The notes under the pieces are model-generated. The model ran no database searches and had not been told where the DNA came from. It saw only the letters and a program-made list of their open reading frames with translations. 64,000 bases of DNA, taken from NCBI GenBank assembly GCA_012515515.1, contig JAAYYE010000011.1, positions 1,723 through 65,722 on the forward strand. The letters are read 5' to 3'. How positions within the stretch are numbered: position 1 is the stretch's first letter; every line of letters begins with the position of its first letter. Shown here piece by piece: positions 1 through 9,004 of the stretch. A program made the position numbers and the translations under genes. This DNA is from Minisyncoccota bacterium (lineage in GTDB: Bacteria; Patescibacteriota; Microgenomatia; UBA1400; PJMF01).

Positions 1-576
1 GTCATCATCTCCAGAAACTAGGCTCCAAAATTCTTGACCGCATAGCTTGTAGTAGCTCCGATCACCATCGCCCTTCAGTGGGTGGTTATCTTTTCCGTAC
101 ATGCAGCCATTAACAGCAATAATTTCGTTTTTGGTTGCTTTAGAAAGCAACTCTCTAGCCACGATAAAATTATTTATCATTCTATCTACCTGATCTTTGT
201 TTCCCCAAGCTGGTCCGGATTTTATGCCGACAATATAAGTTTTTTTGTCTCGATCAAAAATAAGGTCAACGCTTTTATATATACCTTGCTCAGCTTTGTA
301 CCCACCAAACACTCTTTTGCATACATAGACTGCCAAATCCTCCATGAGATTTCCAAAAATAGTTTCTTCTTGAGAGGATAAAAAGGCATCCAAAATATAT
401 TTAATCATTTCTTCTGCTGTTTGAATATTCTTTGCCTTAAATAAGTAGGGGTTCTTTCGCCTCAACACAGAGTTAAGTTGCAAGGACTCTAATTTACTTA
501 GACGCTTCTCATAAAAAGGAGAAATGACGCTTTGAGATATAAAAATTTGAATTTCTTCTTGATCTAGTTTGTCCAT
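1..576 (-). CDS. Probable Type II restriction endonuclease (PD-(D/E)XK-like), 3' end beyond window edge
   Basis: Minus-strand ORF not in the track because it has no stop in the window. ATG at 576..574 gives MDKLDQEEIQIF..., and 192 codons stay open to position 1. The segment VDLIFDRDKKTYIVGIKSGPAWGN looks like a nuclease core. The start overlaps the last 13 nt of the upstream MTase gene, which is typical R-M operon architecture. Confidence 0.45.
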   Translation of the reverse strand, partial: MDKLDQEEIQIFISQSVISPFYEKRLSKLESLQLNSVLRRKNPYLFKAKNIQTAEEMIKYILDAFLSSQEETIFGNLMEDLAVYVCKRVFGGYKAEQGIYKSVDLIFDRDKKTYIVGIKSGPAWGNKDQVDRMINNFIVARELLSKATKNEIIAVNGCMYGKDNHPLKGDGDRSYYKLCGQEFWSLVSGDDD

Positions 577-1553
577 AGTAGTTCCAGCTGACTATTATTT
601 GTGCTCGGTGTAATAATACCATTTTCTACCTTAATAGTTTTAGTGGTAGTTTTAATTATGGGTTGTTGTGTGTCGTGTGCAAAACGTTGAAGAGCGATGG
701 CATAGTTTTTATCTACAATCTCAATACCTATAGAGTTTCTTCTAAGTAAGGAAGCGGCTACTGATGTTGTTCCACTTCCAAGGAAAGGATCAAGCACCAC
801 ATCACCCTCTTGTGTAAAGAGCTTTATAAACCACTCTGGTAGGCCAATAGGAAAGGTCGCACTGTGATTTTTATTTGCACTTTCAGTGGCCATATGCAGG
901 ACGTTTGAAGGATATACAAGTTCTTTGCCAACCCATTTGGAAACATTTTTCCCAAACCCACTTCCAACTCGAGAGTTGTCTCGTTTTTTATCGGTTTCAC
1001 TGAGGTTTTTGAGTCGAGTTTTAGACCAGTCCCCAATAGGTACCTTCACACTGTCTTGGTACATGTTAAATTTTTTATTTTTATTAAACTGTAATAATCG
1101 TTCCCACGCATCTCTAAATCTATTAGGCCATTTCCCTGGATAACAGTTTTTCTTGTGCCAAATAAATTCTTCGGTCCAAAGCCATCCTTGTTTTCTCATC
1201 TCAAGTATCAACTCCATTACGTAGGTGTGTCGCTCTCCACCAACTACTTTTTCTTTAATATTTAAGATAAATGTTCCAGTGGGTTTGGTTACTCTTAATA
1301 ACTCAGCGGTGATAGGCAAAAACCATTTTACATATTCATTGGGATGAATTCCTCCGTATGTATTTTTTCTTTGGTCAGAGTAGGGTGGCGAGGTTATAGT
1401 GAGGTCAACACTATTGTCAGGAAGCTGTTTTAGGACATTCAAACAGTCTCCTAGATAGAAAGTGGCTTTAGTGTTCTGATAATTTAGAATATCTTTTCTC
1501 ATGTTTATCTGTTTTTTATATTTTAACTTATTTAATTTTACAGTTGTCGACAC
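564..1553 (-). CDS. DNA amino-methyltransferase (N4-cytosine or N6-adenine), beta-class
   Basis: Motif IV SPPY (TITSPPYSD) lies upstream of motif I DPFLGSGTT, the order that defines beta-class N4/N6 MTases. Sits directly upstream of the REase-like ORF. Confidence 0.85.
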   Translation of the reverse strand: MSTTVKLNKLKYKKQINMRKDILNYQNTKATFYLGDCLNVLKQLPDNSVDLTITSPPYSDQRKNTYGGIHPNEYVKWFLPITAELLRVTKPTGTFILNIKEKVVGGERHTYVMELILEMRKQGWLWTEEFIWHKKNCYPGKWPNRFRDAWERLLQFNKNKKFNMYQDSVKVPIGDWSKTRLKNLSETDKKRDNSRVGSGFGKNVSKWVGKELVYPSNVLHMATESANKNHSATFPIGLPEWFIKLFTQEGDVVLDPFLGSGTTSVAASLLRRNSIGIEIVDKNYAIALQRFAHDTQQPIIKTTTKTIKVENGIITPSTNNSQLELLWTN

Positions 1554-1555
1554 AA

Positions 1556-2155
1556 TTATTCTGGTCTGATTAAACCAGCGAATATCCCTCTAATCTCAAG
1601 TTGCTTTGGGATAATTATGTCATATTTCTGATTCCTTGGTTTGAGGATAAATTGACCGTTTACGTTATCGAGGATCTTTAATGTGGCTCCTTTTTCTGTT
1701 ATACCAACAACCACATCTCCAACATCAGCAGTCATTTGGTGTTTAACTAGGATAATATCATTATCTAAAATTCCCATGTCAATCATGCTGTCACCTTTAA
1801 CTTTAAGAGCATAGTAGGAATTATTTTTGTTTAATTTTATATTTGTAGGAATCTGGACAGGCTTTGAGTTTTCAATCGGCTCTATAGGTGTGCCAGCTGC
1901 AATGTATCCCAGCATAGGTACAGTGTGTTTTTGTATAGCAGGAATTATTCCACGATTTTTATAAGGATCTCGTTTGAGATATCCTTTTTTCTCTAATTCT
2001 TGAATAAAATATTGCGCTGTACTAAGGTTTTTAGTTTTAAGAAAATGAGCAAGTTCCTTGAGGGAAGGAGAGTAACCTTTTGTAGCGATGAAGGAGTTTA
2101 TAAAATCCAAGGCTTCTTTTTGTCGGTTTGTAAGAGGCTTGACAATAATGGGCAT
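1556..2155 (-). CDS. lexA: LexA SOS repressor (wHTH + S24 peptidase)
   Basis: N-terminal LexA DNA-binding domain (QKEALDFINSFIATKGYSPSLKELAHFL). C-terminal S24 autopeptidase with the Ser in VKGDSMIDMGI and a downstream Lys. Its stop lies only 2 nt before the MTase ATG. Confidence 0.85.
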   Translation of the reverse strand: MPIIVKPLTNRQKEALDFINSFIATKGYSPSLKELAHFLKTKNLSTAQYFIQELEKKGYLKRDPYKNRGIIPAIQKHTVPMLGYIAAGTPIEPIENSKPVQIPTNIKLNKNNSYYALKVKGDSMIDMGILDNDIILVKHQMTADVGDVVVGITEKGATLKILDNVNGQFILKPRNQKYDIIIPKQLEIRGIFAGLIRPE

Positions 2156-2163
2156 ATTATGAT

Positions 2164-2200
2164 AACTTTATGATAAATATACAGTGGTGTCAAGTGTGAC
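2164..2200 (-). promoter_or_regulatory. Putative lexA promoter (TTGACA-17-TAAAGT on minus strand) with overlapping perfect palindrome TGTCA-N4-TGACA (2187..2200)
   Basis: On the reverse complement, TTGACA is followed by a 17-nt spacer and TAAAGT, ending ~5 nt before the lexA ATG. The -35 box is the right half of a 5-4-5 inverted repeat. That arrangement is expected for an autoregulated repressor. Confidence 0.35.
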
Positions 2201-2310
2201 ATTAAAAGAACATAAATAACTATGATTTCAAGAATTAACAAAATAAAAAATCTTGGATTAATTTTTAGTGATTATTATATTGAGGCTAGTTGTTTTCCTA
2301 GTTTTAAAAA

Positions 2311-2976
2311 ATGCAATCTTGGTTATGTGGAACGGAAGTGAAAAACAACTTTTTAAGGCTTTTGGATGCACCAAGTGGTGTTGATATAGCGAATCTAGAG
2401 TATGAAATAGAAGAAAAGAAAATGAGTAATAACATTCATAATAAAGATTTTGGAGTAATGAGTGACTTCTCTGTAGCTAGGAAAGCACAAAGATTTCAGC
2501 AAAAGAAAAAGGATCATGAGTTAGCTCAAATAGACTTTGACAAAATAGAACATGATTACTTTGATCTTTTGAAGAACTTAACAATTTTGTCAGGGACAGT
2601 TTTTGCTTCATCCATTGCTCTGGCCTCAGGGAGAGAAGTTAACTTGCTATTTTTTACTGGAGAGTTCTTTTTGTTTCTCTCGACTTTGGTTGGAATAATA
2701 TTTCTTTGGAGTCAACTTAAAGGAAGGGAGTGGCTTCATTTCTTTTTTCAAAAAAACTGTATGGAAAGTGATTTAAATTTGAATAAAGACATAATAGACG
2801 ACTTTGAAAAAAAGATAGTACAAGACACCTTAGGGCGTTATAAGAAAATCCTTGATAGAAAAGGTATCATTTACGTGTTCCTAAACATAGTAAAGATTGA
2901 TTCGATTCCTACGCTCTTTTTTGCTTGTTTAATTCTGGGGCTTACCTTTATTTTAGCTTTAATTTTTCCAATTTAA
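2311..2976 (+). CDS. Hypothetical membrane protein
   Basis: ORF with C-terminal hydrophobic helices and no recognisable domain. The true start may be the internal Met (MSNNIHNK). Confidence 0.4.
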   Translation: MQSWLCGTEVKNNFLRLLDAPSGVDIANLEYEIEEKKMSNNIHNKDFGVMSDFSVARKAQRFQQKKKDHELAQIDFDKIEHDYFDLLKNLTILSGTVFASSIALASGREVNLLFFTGEFFLFLSTLVGIIFLWSQLKGREWLHFFFQKNCMESDLNLNKDIIDDFEKKIVQDTLGRYKKILDRKGIIYVFLNIVKIDSIPTLFFACLILGLTFILALIFPI

Positions 2977-3129
2977 TATTGTTTCCCACCCACCATCAAT
3001 TTTGTGCTATCATAGCTCTCGATATGATAACCTTAACTACCAATGCTTATTATTGGCATTATACCTCTCAAAGGGAGGCTGGTAGTTTTGTGGTCTAAAA
3101 ACTAGATTTAGCAAGAAATAACTACTCAA

Positions 3130-3151
3130 CCTCCCCAACGGGAGGTTTTTT
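3130..3151 (+). terminator. Rho-independent terminator-like hairpin (CCTCCC-caac-GGGAGG + T6)
   Basis: GC-rich 6-bp stem, 4-nt loop and a T tract, 15 nt upstream of the aminotransferase ATG. Part of a leader with two more hairpins (about 3063-3078 and 3086-3110). Confidence 0.5.
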
Positions 3152-3165
3152 AGTGGAAAAAAGTT

Positions 3166-4242
3166 ATGAAAAACACCATAAAAAACACCATGAAAAACAC
3201 ACAACCAGCCAGCTTCAGAAACCTATACGCCTTTGCTAAAAAATTGCCGATAGATCTTTCTTTGAGCGAGAACCCCCTTGGCTGTTCGCCAGAAGTGGCT
3301 CTGGTTTTAAAGCGGCTTACTCCAGCTGATTTTTTTGACTACCCAGACCCAGATTGCAAGCAACTCAAAAAAGTAATTTCCGAGCGCTTTCAAATAAAAG
3401 CTGAGGGTATTTTTGTGGCTAATGGCTCAGAGGCTATCATCAAACTTTTACCCCAAGTCTTGCTTCGACCAGGAGATGAGGTCATCATTCCGAGCCTAAC
3501 TTTTCCACTGTTTAAAATAGCCTCAACAATGAGCGGAGCTAAAGTTATTCTCTCGGAAATGACGCCAAGCCTTGATATTAACTTGGCGGATATTCAGTCA
3601 AAAATCAGCAAAAAGACCAAACTAATTTTTCTATGCAATCCCAACAATCCGACTGGTCGAGTGATCCCTAGAAAAAATATTTTAGACTTTGTTAAAAGCA
3701 CCAAAGTTCATGTCATTGTTGACGAAGCCAATATAGAGTTTGGCGGGGAAACGCTGATTAGAGATACCAGCAGCCTTGCCAACTTAATTGTCATCAGGAC
3801 ATTTTCAAAAGGATTTGGTCTAGCAGGATTGAGGGTGGGTTTTTGCGCTGCTAATCAAGAGTTGGTTCAACAATTACAAAAAATGGGCCAACCCTTTCCC
3901 GTCTCGACTGTGGCTGAAAAAGCGGCCATAGCGGCCTTTGCAGATGCCGGGTTTATAGACAAAAGTAAAAAATTTATGCAGCAAGAGAGGAATTTCTTAA
4001 GCAGGGAATTAAGCAAGCGAGGTTTTGCAGTTGTTGAGTCGGAAGCAAACAACTTACTGGTTGTTATCCATACATTTCTGCCAGATTTGGTCAGTAAGTT
4101 GAATGAAAAAGGCGTGTCGGTGGTAGATGGCTTGTCATTTAATTTAAATAATGTTAAATTTATCAGAGTCAGCCCAAGATTAAGAGCGATAAATAGACAG
4201 TTTATTGCAATAATTGATCAGCTGCTTAAGGAGCAAGGTTAA
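3166..4242 (+). CDS. PLP-dependent class I/II aminotransferase, HisC (histidinol-phosphate aminotransferase) family-like
   Basis: Signature LCNPNNPTG plus the PLP-lysine region FSKGFGLAGLRVGF. The substrate cannot be assigned from sequence. Confidence 0.75.
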   Translation: MKNTIKNTMKNTQPASFRNLYAFAKKLPIDLSLSENPLGCSPEVALVLKRLTPADFFDYPDPDCKQLKKVISERFQIKAEGIFVANGSEAIIKLLPQVLLRPGDEVIIPSLTFPLFKIASTMSGAKVILSEMTPSLDINLADIQSKISKKTKLIFLCNPNNPTGRVIPRKNILDFVKSTKVHVIVDEANIEFGGETLIRDTSSLANLIVIRTFSKGFGLAGLRVGFCAANQELVQQLQKMGQPFPVSTVAEKAAIAAFADAGFIDKSKKFMQQERNFLSRELSKRGFAVVESEANNLLVVIHTFLPDLVSKLNEKGVSVVDGLSFNLNNVKFIRVSPRLRAINRQFIAIIDQLLKEQG

Positions 4243-4308
4243 ATTGCGCTTTAAGCATTGCAAAGGCTGTTCTAAGATCTTGTAAGCTCAAATTATTTAA
4301 TTTTATAA

Positions 4309-5046
4309 TTGCGGATTTTTATGAAAAAAACATATTTTGAAAGCATCAACAACAAACAAGTTTTTTGTATTTTGACTGAGCCAGAGCCAAGTCAAAAGAA
4401 AATTGTCATCATGAGTCACGGTTTTCGTGGGAGTTCTACGGGTCCAGCCAGAACCTTTGTTGATTTTGAGAGTTTACTCTTAAAAGAGGGTTTTTCTGTT
4501 TTAAGATTTGATCAGCCATGCGGAGGCAACTCTGAGGGTGATTATTTAGACTCTTCCTTTAATGAGTGGATCCATACAACTTCGTATTTTGCTCAAAAAT
4601 ATTTGGATCTTGGATACCAAGTTGCTTTATTCGGTCAAAGCATGGGGGCAACAACTACCATGGTCGTTGCAGGGCAAGATAAATTTAAGGACCAAATTCC
4701 TTGCATTATTCTCTGGGTGCCTGATGCTAAAAGTAATATAAGTGTCGATCCTAACAAAATTTATGAAGAAGATGGGCAAAAATATCGGGGTAGTTTCTGG
4801 ACTGAGGCCGCAGCTGCTGATTTCTGTGGAGCATTAGACAAATACAATGGCGGGATTCATTTGGTTTATGGCGAACATGATAAGTATGTTGCTAAGGAGT
4901 TGCGAGAGAAAACCATTGCCAAAGTTCAAGCCAAAGGGCAGCCTTACATGATTTTGCCTGGTCAAGATCATAGCCCTTGGGATTTTGATCTGGCTCAACA
5001 AGTTTACCAAGAGGAAATTAGCTTTTTGTCTCAATACATTAAATAA
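4309..5046 (+). CDS. Alpha/beta-fold hydrolase
   Basis: Nucleophile elbow GQSMGA (GxSxG) and a C-terminal His. The start may be the Met at 4321, since a TATAAT lies at 4302-4307. Confidence 0.65.
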   Translation: MRIFMKKTYFESINNKQVFCILTEPEPSQKKIVIMSHGFRGSSTGPARTFVDFESLLLKEGFSVLRFDQPCGGNSEGDYLDSSFNEWIHTTSYFAQKYLDLGYQVALFGQSMGATTTMVVAGQDKFKDQIPCIILWVPDAKSNISVDPNKIYEEDGQKYRGSFWTEAAAADFCGALDKYNGGIHLVYGEHDKYVAKELREKTIAKVQAKGQPYMILPGQDHSPWDFDLAQQVYQEEISFLSQYIK

Positions 5047-5120
5047 TTTATTTGTGTTGATAGCTCCACTTTCAAGGTCAACAAATTCGCCAAAAAACAT
5101 GCTAAAATTTAAGTTTAATT

Positions 5121-5858
5121 ATGGAAACTCTTCTCTACATTTTACTGGCAACTTTTTTAATTAGTGCTGGGTCTTTACTGGGGATTTTTACTCTGGCCCT
5201 AAAAGAAGATAAATTAAATAAAATTTTACTTTTATTGGTGTCGCTGTCGGCAGGGGCTCTGATGGGTGGCGCTTTTTTTCACCTGCTACCCGAAGCTTCG
5301 GAGCAACTTGAGGCGTCTAGTGTTTACAACACGGTTCTTTTATCTTTTATTGCCTTTTTTTTCATTGAAAAACTTTTTCATTGGCGACATTGTCATAAGG
5401 GTCACTGCGAAGTGCACACTTTTGCCCACATGAATTTATTTGGCGATGCTCTGCATAATTTTATTGATGGGCTGATTTTGGCTGGGGCATTTATGACTGA
5501 TATTAAATTGGGTGTGGTAACCACACTAGCTATTGCTCTTCACGAAATTCCTCAAGAAATTGGTGATTTTGGGGTGCTGTTATACGCTGGTTTTAGCAAA
5601 AAAAAGGCACTTGTAGCCAATTTTTTAGTGGCATTAAGCGCTGTGTTTGGTGGTTTGGCTGCTTATTTTCTGGCATCGCTAGATCATTTTATTGCTTATT
5701 TATTACCTTTTGCTGCCGGTGGTTTTCTGTATATTGCTGCATCAGATCTGATGCCCGAAATTAGAAAAGAGCCCAGTTTAAAAAAATCTCTGGCTTCTTT
5801 TGCTGTTTTTCTGATTGGGGTGCTGATTATGTATTTAGTGACATTGCTTGAGCATTAA
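5121..5858 (+). CDS. zupT: ZIP-family divalent metal (zinc) transporter, ZupT-like
   Basis: ZIP signature HNFIDGLILAGAF ... ALHEIPQEIGDFGVLL, with multiple TM helices. Confidence 0.8.
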   Translation: METLLYILLATFLISAGSLLGIFTLALKEDKLNKILLLLVSLSAGALMGGAFFHLLPEASEQLEASSVYNTVLLSFIAFFFIEKLFHWRHCHKGHCEVHTFAHMNLFGDALHNFIDGLILAGAFMTDIKLGVVTTLAIALHEIPQEIGDFGVLLYAGFSKKKALVANFLVALSAVFGGLAAYFLASLDHFIAYLLPFAAGGFLYIAASDLMPEIRKEPSLKKSLASFAVFLIGVLIMYLVTLLEH

Positions 5859-5925
5859 GATTGGAAATAGCAATTTCAAAGGCAACAAAATTGTCAATAG
5901 GTGGTCCTGTTAATCATCAATCTAA

Positions 5926-7353
5926 CTACTGGTCGATACTACCATGTTTTTTCATTAATTCTTCTAATGTCATATCTTCGACTCGCACACCTAAGTGCTT
6001 ATAGAAGGCCACAACATAAGTCTTAAGTGTCGGGAAACTATTATCTAGTGCTGTTATTAGTTCTGGCTGATCCTTAAGTTTTATTGCTATATCATAGAGT
6101 TGAAGTGCAGTTTGTGGATCTGGTGATAATTTTTTAAGCAGTCCTTCATAATATGCTTTATGAGGACTATCTTGCCCATTAATTTTTTCGGAAATCCCTT
6201 TGAGAGTATTTCTTAAGAATTTTGTACCCAAATACTCAATTACAAGCTCAACCACACTCTCATTTGCAAGCATATCAACTAACCCTTCACCTCCACGAGG
6301 TAGTTGTAGGTGCTCTATCCCTCGCAACACAGCTTGTTGAATAAAATCAGGGCAGTCTAAAGGAACAATCTCTGTTAAAACATCACTGTCGAAAATAAAT
6401 TTATCTGCAGCATTGCAGCTATAACTGCCCATGAGATAGGGTTGAGGAGTTATGCCCTGCGTATCAACGCGAGTAGCAATATGTTCTCGTCGTTCTCTTA
6501 GTTCTTGAGGTTCTTGAGACTGTTCTAGCCCCCTATCATGGGGTGATCTTTCAAAGAATGTACTAAGTTGAAGTAAAGCATTCAGGTCTTGAGGAACAAG
6601 TCTATAATTCTCACCGCTTAAAACATCTACTTCTGCAGAATAAAGATTGCTTACTCGTGTAAGTTGTTCACTTGTTGTTATTTCAACTTGTGCGTGTGGA
6701 TCTTGTACTAGTTTTGCAACTGGGTCATCTGGTTGTGGAGGAGTAAGTTCTGCTGTTTCAGCAACCAGTTTGGGGTCTAAACGATAACTAGTACCTTTGC
6801 CCTCATAAAATCCGTAACGATGAACCATTTCAGGTGATAGTCCTGAATAACTAATACTTGCGCCAGTTTCTAAGTTAATAACTTTATAATCGGCGTTAGT
6901 TAGTGTTCCATCATTAAAAGGAGATTGTTGAATACCTCTCACTCGCTCCACAGCACGAGCAAATTTTTTCCCATCTACGTCAACAACTTCATACTGTTCA
7001 TACTGTCCCAATTTTTTCTCTACTGGCGCACTAGCAATTTTGCGTAGAAAATTAGCAAGTTGTTGGTGGGTTAATCCCAACCCCAAAACAGTTTCATTAT
7101 CATCAACAAGAACCTCTATAAGTGATTCATGGTTACCTAGAAAACCTGCTCCTGAACTAGCTCCAGGTCGCATAATATTTTCTAATTGGCTTATTGGCTT
7201 ACCGTTTAACGAGGTGAGTGAAAGGATAAGTGAAGTTTCATTTTCCCCATGAATTTTGAAGCCTTCGGGGGTTGTTATGATTTCTACATTATTGCCTTGT
7301 TCTTTTCCTCCTGAGGGTGAGCCACCTGTAGTTTCATCTGTCATATGTGGCAA
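5926..7353 (-). CDS. Hypothetical protein, 475 aa, no recognisable domain
   Basis: Long intact ORF. Composition differs from the AT-rich flanking genes. Confidence 0.5.
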   Translation of the reverse strand: MPHMTDETTGGSPSGGKEQGNNVEIITTPEGFKIHGENETSLILSLTSLNGKPISQLENIMRPGASSGAGFLGNHESLIEVLVDDNETVLGLGLTHQQLANFLRKIASAPVEKKLGQYEQYEVVDVDGKKFARAVERVRGIQQSPFNDGTLTNADYKVINLETGASISYSGLSPEMVHRYGFYEGKGTSYRLDPKLVAETAELTPPQPDDPVAKLVQDPHAQVEITTSEQLTRVSNLYSAEVDVLSGENYRLVPQDLNALLQLSTFFERSPHDRGLEQSQEPQELRERREHIATRVDTQGITPQPYLMGSYSCNAADKFIFDSDVLTEIVPLDCPDFIQQAVLRGIEHLQLPRGGEGLVDMLANESVVELVIEYLGTKFLRNTLKGISEKINGQDSPHKAYYEGLLKKLSPDPQTALQLYDIAIKLKDQPELITALDNSFPTLKTYVVAFYKHLGVRVEDMTLEELMKKHGSIDQ

Positions 7354-7421
7354 TTATAGGCGTTTTTGGTTTTGTTGGCAAGAGAGGGTGGTATATTAGA
7401 TGATTTCGCACCCGATGCCTT

Positions 7422-7449
7422 TTGACACATTAAGTATCTGTGTTACAAT
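7422..7449 (+). promoter_or_regulatory. Near-consensus sigma70-type promoter: TTGACA - 16 nt - TGtTACAAT (extended -10)
   Basis: TTGACA at 7422-7427 and TACAAT at 7444-7449, preceded by TGn. The ATG at 7458 is only ~8 nt downstream, so the mRNA would be leaderless or nearly so. Confidence 0.45.
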
Positions 7450-7457
7450 CTCTCCAA

Positions 7458-7784
7458 ATGACAAAAAAAGAAGAAGCCAAGCGAAATATTAAACAAATAA
7501 GTGACTTCTCTCCACCTATAGTTAACTGTAGAGGACCTAGTCCATGTGGCAGATTAACTAGTAGGGAAGTTGGCGATATTAAATCATTGCCCATAGCAAC
7601 AGATCTTAGAAAACAACAAGCTGTATCTAAACAATACGATTGCCCTAGGCAGGGTAATACAGAAATAGCTTATTTTCCAAAAGAAATGCTGCCAATTCTT
7701 GGAAGAAATCCTATTATTGCAATACAAGCTCTATGTTTAAATAGGACATGTAAATATAATTTGGGTTTGCCAGCGAAAAAATAA
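7458..7784 (+). CDS. Hypothetical small Cys-containing protein (~108 aa)
   Basis: ORF beginning MTKKEEAKRNIKQ, immediately after the strong promoter. No homolog recognised. Confidence 0.35.
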   Translation: MTKKEEAKRNIKQISDFSPPIVNCRGPSPCGRLTSREVGDIKSLPIATDLRKQQAVSKQYDCPRQGNTEIAYFPKEMLPILGRNPIIAIQALCLNRTCKYNLGLPAKK

Positions 7785-7906
7785 ACCAGCTTTAGCAATT
7801 ACTCCAATATTGATATACTTCAGCTCGTTTGTATCGAGAAAATTATTGTGGATAGCTTATGGGAAAAACAAAATTTGCCATTATTGCTTTTGCCTATCAA
7901 ACCAGC

Positions 7907-7975
7907 CATCAAACTTTAGCGGGCAACACTACACCAGACTAAACAGCACCTTCATCAAACTTTAGCAGGCAACAC
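7907..7975. repeat. Two 23-bp direct repeats (CATCAAACTTTAGC[G/A]GGCAACAC), 46-bp period
   Basis: The copies at 7907-7929 and 7953-7975 differ at one position. They lie in an ORF-free ~480-bp stretch. Confidence 0.6.
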
Positions 7976-8261
7976 CAAGCGCAAGCTAATTCTTGACAAA
8001 TATCCTATAATATATTATACTTAGACAATGTATTCTGACAGGGAAAATAGCAGAGTGAAATAAAAGCTATTTTATCTCTGCTTATTCTCAAGTCAGAATG
8101 CTCTTTAACTTAACAAATCTAATGATTGTCATTCTCCCTGCTTTTTCTGTGGGTAGCATAATGAGCATTTTCTAACTTGGAATGTTTATTATGCTACTCA
8201 TAGAGCTAGCAACTCCACTGTAAGTCCGCACCTTTTGGGCGGCCGTGGCGAAAGGAGAAAA

Positions 8262-8849
8262 ATGATATATAGTAATGTACCGCTATCAGCAAAAATTCGC
8301 CAAATGTCATTTGGCGAGCTCCGAGGGATTTCCCTCGGAGAACTTGGTCGAGGGAGAAAAGAGATCTTTCTCCCAGTACCATCCAACTGTCCCCCAAATT
8401 TCCCCGCGGGGGAAATAGTCCGCGGATTTTCCGTGGGCTATAGTAAAACCGGCCGTCCTCGCATTGTTGCTGAGGACGGTAATCTGTATTTAATACTAGA
8501 CTGCCAGGGGGTTTATACTAGAGGGACCCTGGGCGTGGTCAGCGGGCTGGTTGGTCACGAATACGATGTGATCGCCAACGCCTACGGTGCGTACGGGGAT
8601 GCCGGCAGGATCGGCAGCTGGTGCAGCACCATTTTCAAGGCGAAAGACGGAGACGTCTTTCGCGTGACAAAGTCTGGGGGGATGAGCAAAGTGGGACCAA
8701 GTATAGTGTACTTGGTCTCTGGAAAGAACGTCTACCACTGCGAGCAGCCGCTCGCAGAGGAAATGTTTGAAGCTCTCGGAAGAGAGCTCCCCTTCACACT
8801 GAATAGCAATAGTAGGGTTCTTTCAGAAGAATGGAAGAAGCTTATATAA
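8262..8849 (+). CDS. Hypothetical protein (195 aa), GC-rich coding sequence
   Basis: An AGGAG RBS lies 7 nt upstream of the ATG at 8262. Local GC is markedly higher than the surrounding genome. No domain recognised. A terminator follows. Confidence 0.45.
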   Translation: MIYSNVPLSAKIRQMSFGELRGISLGELGRGRKEIFLPVPSNCPPNFPAGEIVRGFSVGYSKTGRPRIVAEDGNLYLILDCQGVYTRGTLGVVSGLVGHEYDVIANAYGAYGDAGRIGSWCSTIFKAKDGDVFRVTKSGGMSKVGPSIVYLVSGKNVYHCEQPLAEEMFEALGRELPFTLNSNSRVLSEEWKKLI

Positions 8850-8879
8850 AATTCATTAGTCATTAGATTTTTAAGTTCA

Positions 8880-8916
8880 CCCCTCTCGAGGCTAAATTTG
8901 CCAAGAGAGGGGTTTT
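8880..8916 (+). terminator. Rho-independent terminator (CCCCTCTC ... GAGAGGGG + TTTT)
   Basis: 8-bp GC-rich stem with a 17-nt loop, followed by a T run. Confidence 0.55.
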
Positions 8917-9004
8917 ACTATTCTGCCCAAATTGTTTTCCACACTCTAACGAGCAAATAAAGGTATAATCAGCATTGATATTAATTGTTAATGAAGAGCT
9001 TTCA

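Noticed and set aside
82-381. Plus-strand 99-aa ORF at the left edge
   Set aside because: It lies antisense to a longer, motif-bearing minus-strand ORF (the REase-like gene, open to position 1) that forms an operon with the MTase. No RBS and a low-complexity translation.
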